A DNA stretch of 64,000 nucleotides from Planctomycetota bacterium. GTDB lineage: Bacteria; Planctomycetota; SZUA-567; H5-PLA8. Location of the stretch: NCBI GenBank assembly GCA_038227875.1, contig JBBRPR010000026.1, forward strand, positions 41,930 to 105,929. Direction: 5' to 3'. The notes beneath the pieces are model-generated. The model did not search any database and had not been told where the DNA came from. It worked only from the letters and a program-made list of their open reading frames with translations. The position numbers and the translations under genes are program-made. Positions 56,991 through 64,000 of the stretch are shown one piece after another (position 1 is the first letter of the stretch; each line of letters opens with the position of its first letter).

Positions 56991-57012
56991 GTAACAAAAT
57001 GTAACAAAATGT
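56991..57012. repeat. tandem 10-mer GTAACAAAAT, possible integrase arm-binding sites
   Basis: GTAACAAAATGTAACAAAATGT about 130 bp upstream of the integrase remnant. Confidence 0.5.
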
Positions 57013-57142
57013 TTCTGTTATTCCTTCTCCTCTTTAACTATGCGTAGATGGATGCCAATAAGGGGCAAACTAACGGGGTAAAATAAATGTGGAATCCGTT
57101 CGAATTACGGCTATACCCTGCGCCGACGAATAGAGGTAGACC

Positions 57143-58450
57143 ATGCCGAAGACGACGATACATCCACGAATTTCGGTAGTGTCATCGAAGTCGCGCGGCG
57201 GCCCGTGGCGGTTGATGTTCGACCATCCGTTGAACGGCGGCCAGGTGAGGCGGTCGACGCGCGCGCGCGATTTCCGCGCGGCTACCGAACATGCGAAACT
57301 CTTTTCCAGATTGCTGCGCGACGTCGACCGCTGGAACAATCGGCCCTACTACATCTCCGAAAACTTGTGGGTTGGGTCTGAATCGGCGACGACTCGGAAC
57401 ATTCCGTAGAGGACGCGGCGCAGGCCGTCGCGGCGAAGACGACGGAACTAGCGCAAGATAAGTTCTGGCGCGAGGCCAACGCGACGCTAGACGCGGGCTT
57501 CGGCGTCGGCCTCGACACCTTCGCAAACGTGCTGGTGCGTGGCGATACATCGAAGCTCAAGAAGATAATCAGCGACGCCGTGACTCCATCCATGGGCGGC
57601 TCACAAAGCGAAGGCCGAAGCAAAGCGGATCATCGACGAGGCGACAAAGCTAGCGGACGAAAACAAGACGCTACGCGATACCTTCGCCACTCTGACAACG
57701 AAGGTCAAGCGGCTTGAGGCGCGACTACTCGACGGCGGCGACAGCATTGCAATAGCCTACGTCTCCAAGACCGTGGCGCAGGCCGTTGACGATTACTTCG
57801 TCGGCAGCGACAAAGGCAGCAACGCCAGCGAGCGCTCAATAGCAAACATGAAGCCTTTCCTCGAGCGCTTTGAGCGATGGCTCGGCGCGGGAAAGATGAT
57901 CGGCGACGTGACGCCTGACGACGCGAAGCGGCATCTAATCGACGTGCTGGACGGCAAGCTCAAGGGAAGAAACGCCCCGAGTCCGGAGACCGTTCGCAAC
58001 GTCGGCCAGCTCATCAATACCTTCATGCGGCACTGCAACTCGCGCTGGGATGATTCGGTCATCCAGAAGTGGAGCAAAATGAACTGCAACGGCCACTACG
58101 ATGAAGCCGTCGTCAATCGCCTGTGGCTGGACCAAGAGCAGGTCGACAAGCTATTGTGGTACTTGCCGAAGTATTGGCGCGACGTGGCGGAACTCCAGTG
58201 GTCCGGCGGATTACGACCGGAAGAACTCTACAACCTCCAGACGGAGAACGTCGAGCTTGACGACATGCGAATCCGCGTTGAGCGTTTCGCCAATGGCGAC
58301 GGCAAGACCATCTGGCAGCGGAAGACGAAGAACTCCACGGGCGACGTTCCCGTCTTGGCCGACTGCAAGGCGACGCTGGCGCGCCTCGTCAAGGCTGGGA
58401 CGTTCCTACTATTCCCGTTCGATCCGGAAGCCAGCGGCACCGATCTATGA
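57143..58450 (+). pseudogene. tyrosine recombinase/integrase remnant (two frameshifts, 3'-truncated)
   Basis: GAGG RBS; N-terminal WRLMFDHPL.G..VRRST; box I GGLRPEELYNL; KTKNS..DVPV; no HxxR/Y box II. Confidence 0.8.
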
Positions 58451-58715
58451 CCAGCTTCAGGTGCTCGCGCAGCAGCGGCCGGTAGTCGGGATGCGCGCAG
58501 TCGTCGATAATCAGTGCGGCGCGCTCGCGCGGGGTTTTTCCGCGGAGATCGGCCACGCCATATTCGGTCATGACGACGTGAACAGAATGTTCCGTGTGGT
58601 CGGTATGCGAGAACATTGGGACGATCGGGCTGATCGTGGCGGTCTTTGGCCTCCGATGGGCGGGTGAAGATCGACAGCAACGCATTCTGCGCGAAGTCGC
58701 CGTACCCGCAAATCT
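58450..58715 (-). pseudogene. C-terminal fragment of acetyl-CoA hydrolase/succinyl-CoA transferase
   Basis: GYGDFAQNALLSIFTRPSEAK, frameshift, then ISPIVPMFSHTDHTEHSVHVVMTEYGVADLRGKTPRERA..II..CAHPDYRPLL. Confidence 0.85.
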
Positions 58716-58750
58716 TCCCCGAAATCTTTGAAGTGAAAAGCGACCTCATT

Positions 58751-61324
58751 CTATTTAATCGCTTTTCCGCTCTTATTAACAATTGCTTTATAGGTGGCGG
58801 TGGTGGCGCCGGTGAAGAGATACGTCTCTCCAGACGAGGACACGAGCGCAATACCCACGGGCAATGTTCGGATTTGCCCTTTCTTCGGGGTGGTTTCGCT
58901 GATCAATCCGCTGGAGGCGAGATACGGTCCGAGCTTTTGATTTCTGATACGGAATTGAACCACGCCTTCCGTGGAGGATTTGGGCAGCGCCAATTTGAGC
59001 GAGAGCCCGATTCCTGTTGCAATCCCCTTAGAATTTAGAGCCAATTTTGAACTGCTGTATTCGCCGACCACAATGGCCATGGAAGATCCGGCAAGTTTGA
59101 AGCCCGGGGGAAGAGCTAGGGTGAAATTGGCCTGCAGTGAATCGTGCCCAAAGGTGGCAAAGTTGAGGAAAGCGCCGAATTTGTTCGTTTGAAGCGATGT
59201 GGTATCGGTGACTACCGGGACGGAGGTAGGAGTCGTTGGATCATTTCCAACGATAGTGTTCAGAATTCCGGTGAGATCTGGCATCACCGAAACGGTGACG
59301 ACCACGCTGCCGGTAACTCGATTGCCTTGGGCATCGGCGATGAGGACGACTACGGTGTAGGTGCCCGCGGCGGAATAAGAATGCGACGCCGTGGTGCCCG
59401 TCGATCCATCGCCATAATTCCAGATATAGGTCAGCGCATCGCCATTCGAATTGGATGCCGCCACACTGAAGTTTACGGTTTCGTTGATCTTCGCCGGATT
59501 CGGCGTAGCAGCGGGCGCAGAAGTGATGGCCAGAATTCCCGTCGATCCCACGCCAACCCCACTGCTGACAACTTGGGTCTCGATGCCTTCGCTGGGATTA
59601 TAAAACGTGCCGCTGGAGGAAGTTTCCAATTTGACAGCTCGGACCAAATAATAATAAGTAGCACCCGTGGGCGTGATGTCATCATAGAAAAGAGTAGGAA
59701 CAATGGCTGACGAGACGCGGGTAAATGGACCGCTGGAATTGGCGCTGCGGTACACGTGGTAGCCGGCAATATTCGAATCCGAAGAGGGGCTCCACGTCAG
59801 ATTCGCAATCAATCCAGTCGATGCCGCGTTCAGGTTCGAGGGAGGCAACACCGGATACATCCGCAGTGTGGGGTCTCCCATCAACGCGACATGGACGCCG
59901 CGGCCGGAACGATTCGTCGGGTAAAGGCCATTGTTGTTTTGGGTGACGACAGTGCTGTACCCAATTGTCTCGCCCAATGCCATGTGATGAAAATACCAAT
60001 TGGGACGGCCAGCCCAGACGCAGGTGAGACCGGCTGTGTGCGCTCCCAAGGGGGCACGCAGATAGTCGGAGCCGCAATCCCAATCACCCAGATAGCTGCC
60101 GAAAGCCATGTAGAACGCGGCTTGAGGATCCTGCTGAGCGAAATTGTCCGTTTTGCCGACACCGTTACACTGATAGAAGAAGCCCGGGCCGCACCCATAG
60201 GCCCAAAGATAGGATTGCGAACTGAGCGTGCCAAAGAATTGCGAGGTGTTCGCAGTCTGATCGGCGCTGTTAATGGACGTAATATTGGAGGCGCCAAACA
60301 TCGGCGCGAAATTGCGGAATCCGTTGGCCGCGAAGGCCTCACCGTTAAACGTGCCGAAATTGTCGTCGACGATGGCTCTGCGATTGAGACTGATTTGGCC
60401 GGTCCTGAACTTGTGATCCTTATTGAGGTAATTTTTGAGCAGATCCGTCTCCGTCAATGGGGCGAACTGCGGTAAATCATGAAGATCGACTCGGCCGACC
60501 TGCAGGGTAACGTCGGCAGGGAGTGTGGACTGATCGAATTTTCCGTCGCCCGGCGTATTGTAATTCGCCTGCGAGTTGTCGATGCGCGCACTGCTGCTGG
60601 TGTCGTTGACGGAATTGTCGGTCCAACTGCCGTTCATCGAGGCGTAATAACTATCTGCGCCCCAGGCGCCCTTATGATCGCTATGCCCGTCCGGATTAAT
60701 GTCACCCGAATAAGGAACTGGTACATGTCCGAAGAGCAAGACCGCTTTGACGTTGGCGGGGTCAGCGAGGTAATCGTTAGAAATGAGGGATTTGACGCTG
60801 GTGACTGAATCTCCGCGCCCGACATCGTGCCGAATCACCTGCCAGCCGTCGCAAATCAAATCCGACTGCAATTGCCCGAGCTCCGTTGGCATTGAGCCTG
60901 AAATACTGTTGTCGACAATCAGGATCAGCTTTCCATGCAGATCCTGCATTGGAACGCGAATGCCGGAAAAAACGAATCCCGTTCCGAAACTTCCATTAGT
61001 ATCAATTGAGTATTCGTAGGCTGTACCGACCGAAACATTTGTATCGGTCCAGTTCGTTGCAGATCCTGGCAACGCGGCAATGGGACTCCCAAATGAACTG
61101 TCGCTTTTTGCTTTGCGATAGATGCGGTATTGGGATGGCGTCACTGTGGGAGCCGGCCATCGCAACGAAATGGATGGCGGGACCTCCGTGACGTCCGCGC
61201 TGACCTGCACTGCGTAATCCGACACTTGTTCCGCGTAAACACCTGTGAATGGAACCATCAAGACACAAGCCAGAATACAACGGGTACAGAACGTATTGGT
61301 GTGCACGCTATTCGCCTCTCGCAA
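58751..61324 (-). CDS. secreted FN3/PKD-domain protein with a gingipain(C25)-like core; exact start uncertain
   Basis: signal peptide; AVLLFGHVPVPYSG, QVGRV, MGDPTL; FN3 (LTWSPS..IAGYHVYRS); PKD (YIWNYGDG..HSYSAAGTYTV). Confidence 0.8.
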   Translation of the reverse strand: MREANSVHTNTFCTRCILACVLMVPFTGVYAEQVSDYAVQVSADVTEVPPSISLRWPAPTVTPSQYRIYRKAKSDSSFGSPIAALPGSATNWTDTNVSVGTAYEYSIDTNGSFGTGFVFSGIRVPMQDLHGKLILIVDNSISGSMPTELGQLQSDLICDGWQVIRHDVGRGDSVTSVKSLISNDYLADPANVKAVLLFGHVPVPYSGDINPDGHSDHKGAWGADSYYASMNGSWTDNSVNDTSSSARIDNSQANYNTPGDGKFDQSTLPADVTLQVGRVDLHDLPQFAPLTETDLLKNYLNKDHKFRTGQISLNRRAIVDDNFGTFNGEAFAANGFRNFAPMFGASNITSINSADQTANTSQFFGTLSSQSYLWAYGCGPGFFYQCNGVGKTDNFAQQDPQAAFYMAFGSYLGDWDCGSDYLRAPLGAHTAGLTCVWAGRPNWYFHHMALGETIGYSTVVTQNNNGLYPTNRSGRGVHVALMGDPTLRMYPVLPPSNLNAASTGLIANLTWSPSSDSNIAGYHVYRSANSSGPFTRVSSAIVPTLFYDDITPTGATYYYLVRAVKLETSSSGTFYNPSEGIETQVVSSGVGVGSTGILAITSAPAATPNPAKINETVNFSVAASNSNGDALTYIWNYGDGSTGTTASHSYSAAGTYTVVVLIADAQGNRVTGSVVVTVSVMPDLTGILNTIVGNDPTTPTSVPVVTDTTSLQTNKFGAFLNFATFGHDSLQANFTLALPPGFKLAGSSMAIVVGEYSSSKLALNSKGIATGIGLSLKLALPKSSTEGVVQFRIRNQKLGPYLASSGLISETTPKKGQIRTLPVGIALVSSSGETYLFTGATTATYKAIVNKSGKAIK

Positions 61325-61519
61325 GAGATTTTTAAAACTTTGATATCTTTAGACGAGAAGATTTGGATTGCACGATGTTTTTATGTCGAAGCTCCGAATT
61401 TTTTCGGGCGCGGTGAATATTTGACATTGCGCAGGTTCAAACGCGACAAATATAGTAGGTCGACTGAAATATATGTCTTTCGAGGCCACTGATTTTCATA
61501 GATAGAGTTGAGACGAAAG

Positions 61520-61534
61520 TGGCACTTTTTTTGA
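61520..61534 (+). promoter_or_regulatory. sigma-54-like promoter
   Basis: TGGCAC-N5-TTGA about 110 bp upstream of the CDS at 61646. Confidence 0.45.
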
Positions 61535-61645
61535 TACATGCCATGCGACGTTTTTCCTCCGACGTGCTTCCGAGTCATACGAAGCAGCACGGCGTTCCTA
61601 CGAAAAACGCATGCTTGTTCGCTATCTGAAGAGGAGGAATTGATT

Positions 61646-63118
61646 GTGATTAAGAGGCTGATTCTCGTCGTATTGTCCGCATTCTTCCTTCTGCCAACCG
61701 AAATTCGGGCAGAAGAAAAGGCATTCATTCCGGACCAGGATAAACAACGGGATGCTGAACGAACAATTAAAGATGTATTTAAATCTGATTATGCGAAACG
61801 CCTGCCCGGAGAAAGGCAGGCCTTAGCTCAAAAGTTATTGCAACAGAGCATAGACACCAAGTTTGATCCCGTCTCAAAATACGTCCTTCTTAAGGAATCA
61901 ATCACGGTTGCCGCACAAGCTGGAGACATCGACTTGGCAATGTTGTCGGCCGATGAATTGGATAAGAACTATGCGGTGGATTCCATCGCGATAAAGATGG
62001 ATGCCTTGGCCAAGGCCACCGGAGTGGCGACAACCGTCGCAGCGAACAAGGCGCTCATCGCTCAATATGCAAGTTTGCGAGACAGCGCTCTGGCGCTCGA
62101 TAATTATGACCTGGCGTCGCGGCTCGGAGCATTCGCCGAAAACTCAGCCCGCAAGTGTCAGGATCCGGCTCTGGTTTCGCAAACGCAAATCCGGAACAAG
62201 GAGGTTCGTGAGTCGCAGGAAGAATTCGACAAAGTGAAGCGTGCGATGCAGGTGCTCAAAGACAAACCCGACAATCCTGAATCCAATCTTGCCGCTGGCC
62301 GATATTTGTGTCTAACGAAAGGCGATTGGGAGAAGGGATTACCACTATTAATAAAGAGCAGTGACGCAACGCTGAAATCCATCGCGTCGAGAGAGCTGGC
62401 CGCGCCCTCCGATCCAACGGAGCAGGTGGCGATCGCCGACGGGCTGTGGGATCTTGCTCAAAGAGAGTCGACTACAGGAAAGAAACAGCTAACTCGACAC
62501 GCCAGCGTCTGGTATGAAAAGGCGCTGCCGTTACTCACAGGTTTCGAAAAAACGAAAGCGGATTCACGAATAACCCGGCAAATTGACACGGAGAATCTAC
62601 CCGGACTGAAGATGGTGTCGAACCGGAAGGTGATCGCCAATACAATATGTATTGTGGCAGACGATTTCGTAGTGGAAGTCTATTTGAATGGCAAGCCCGT
62701 GCCCCCGGAAAGCCGAAAATTTGTAACGGAATCGTTCGGAGCGACTACTGAAAAGGTCGAAGTGGACGTGCACGACGGCGACTGGCTGGTCTTCAACGTC
62801 GTTAATAATAGATTGCGGTGGGGTGGAGCGTATTATTTTGCGACCGCCGGCGTTCTAGACAATGGAAGCATCGCCTTCTCGAGCAATTATCAAGATCCAC
62901 TCTGGTCAGCGTGCGACAACATTAGTGAGGTGTCGCAGTTTATCGCTGATCCAGCCTACGGCGCAGACAAGCACACGGAGAAAGTAACCAAACCGTGGGG
63001 CGAAGGCGATCGGCAGATTAAATCTCTCGCTCCCGAGTGGAAAGGCACTCCGATCTGGGGAAAGTCGCGCAATACCTGGATCAAGTATAACTGCCGCGCA
63101 AAGATTGGCCCTCAGTGA
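61646..63118 (+). CDS. secreted helical-repeat protein with a C-terminal beta domain
   Basis: GAGGAGG RBS; signal peptide; NLAAGRYLCLTKGDWEKGLPLL...ADGLWDLA; ADDFVVEVYLNG. Confidence 0.82.
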   Translation: MIKRLILVVLSAFFLLPTEIRAEEKAFIPDQDKQRDAERTIKDVFKSDYAKRLPGERQALAQKLLQQSIDTKFDPVSKYVLLKESITVAAQAGDIDLAMLSADELDKNYAVDSIAIKMDALAKATGVATTVAANKALIAQYASLRDSALALDNYDLASRLGAFAENSARKCQDPALVSQTQIRNKEVRESQEEFDKVKRAMQVLKDKPDNPESNLAAGRYLCLTKGDWEKGLPLLIKSSDATLKSIASRELAAPSDPTEQVAIADGLWDLAQRESTTGKKQLTRHASVWYEKALPLLTGFEKTKADSRITRQIDTENLPGLKMVSNRKVIANTICIVADDFVVEVYLNGKPVPPESRKFVTESFGATTEKVEVDVHDGDWLVFNVVNNRLRWGGAYYFATAGVLDNGSIAFSSNYQDPLWSACDNISEVSQFIADPAYGADKHTEKVTKPWGEGDRQIKSLAPEWKGTPIWGKSRNTWIKYNCRAKIGPQ

Positions 63119-63570
63119 AACGTCGTGACGCTGATGTGAATATTGGTTACCGATTTTGTCGTTAACTTTTACTTTTTTGCTCGCAAAACCGTAATGAAAC
63201 CGGTGACGGCTTTGCTGAAATTGGATTTCCATGCTGCCCAGTTTCGTATGGCTTTGATCGAAATCAGATATCCTGCATCCGAATTTCAGCCCATTGAATC
63301 CTTCAAAATCCACCGACGAGAACGTGTCTTGTGCAAAGCGCGTGTAAAGAGAATGTGCATTGACCGATTTTCGGAAAGCTCACAGTTTTTTGAGCCACGG
63401 CCAGCTTGATTCCACTTGTATTTTCGCTGTTCTTTCTTGTGCAGTTCAAAATTGAATGCAAGGCAAATATCGGAACGCTAAATGCTATGTCACACTCGGC
63501 GGGCGATTGCAATCACTGTAAAATCGATGCAGATTTCCTCAGATTTCAACGTGCGTCAGGAGGTACTATC

Positions 63571-63783
63571 ATGACTCAATGCCTAGCCGATGATCACTAC
63601 CCTTCAGTAGGAGAGGGCGTAATTGCGATGATTGCCGGTCGCAGACAGGACTGTCGCGTCCACGCCCGATATCACGATGGACCTTTCGTATTGTTCGCAG
63701 TCACGGATGCCAATGGCAATATCCATTTCGACTTGCTGCCGCACGCGGTGAGCAAACCGACCTGCGACGCCATTTCTCGATGA
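63571..63783 (+). CDS. small hypothetical protein (70 aa)
   Basis: AGGAGG RBS 7 nt before the ATG. Confidence 0.5.
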   Translation: MTQCLADDHYPSVGEGVIAMIAGRRQDCRVHARYHDGPFVLFAVTDANGNIHFDLLPHAVSKPTCDAISR

Positions 63784-63974
63784 TCCATCTTGAAACAGTA
63801 GTCGACTCGTCAGCATAAAACTGTGCCGCATTACACGTCACCCGACGTTCGGGAAGTCCTTGTCGTACTTCCCGAGTCTGACTCACGCTTAATTAGTATT
63901 AGTGGTTGAGTAAATCCTCCTCCCTTGCGGCGGCGTAGGTCCGCCAGAAGGGATCGTTATGCAGGAGGAAAGTA

Positions 63975-64000
63975 ATGGCCATCCATCGTCGGGGGCTGAA
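63975..64000 (+). CDS. start of a gene running off the window (MAIHRRGL...)
   Basis: AGGAGGA RBS 5 nt before the ATG. Confidence 0.4.

Noticed and set aside
57091..57118. GTTCGAAT T-loop-like motif before the integrase, as a possible tRNA-derived att core
   Set aside because: The flanks do not form a 5-bp T-stem or an acceptor stem, so it is too weak to call.
62906..63409. ORFs 62906-63313 (-) and 63143-63409 (+)
   Set aside because: No motif or convincing RBS, and the first overlaps a better-supported gene.
1..64000. CRISPR array, rRNA or intact tRNA
   Set aside because: I saw no regularly spaced 23-47 bp repeats with unique spacers, no rRNA-like tract and no complete cloverleaf.

Overview
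A high-GC bacterial chromosomal segment, probably Planctomycetota (inferred from the gene repertoire: HEAT-repeat proteins, a G|FTLIE pilin, DUF6807, DUF5060 and kelch-type secreted proteins). It holds about 50 genes: housekeeping genes (priA, tsaD, tal, lipA, ubiX, pilD, secY), a split olefin-synthesis pair (oleA-oleB), carbohydrate-active proteins and many secreted hypotheticals. I found no rRNA, intact tRNA or CRISPR array. The most interesting candidate system is an RbfA paralog translationally coupled to an intact RtcB RNA ligase behind a structured ~190-nt leader (42018-43708), possibly a 30S/16S rRNA repair module. From ~56.6 kb to the end the DNA is mostly lower in GC and looks like a decayed island. 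It contains a long nested hairpin, tandem 10-mers, a doubly frameshifted and truncated tyrosine recombinase and an acetyl-CoA hydrolase fragment, and it lies just upstream of a secY that has lost its usual rplO/adk neighbours. Intergenic spacers carry several REP-like palindrome families and inverted heptamer tandem repeats. Start codons were adjusted by eye where the ORF track over-extends, and all family calls come from motif recognition, not database searches.
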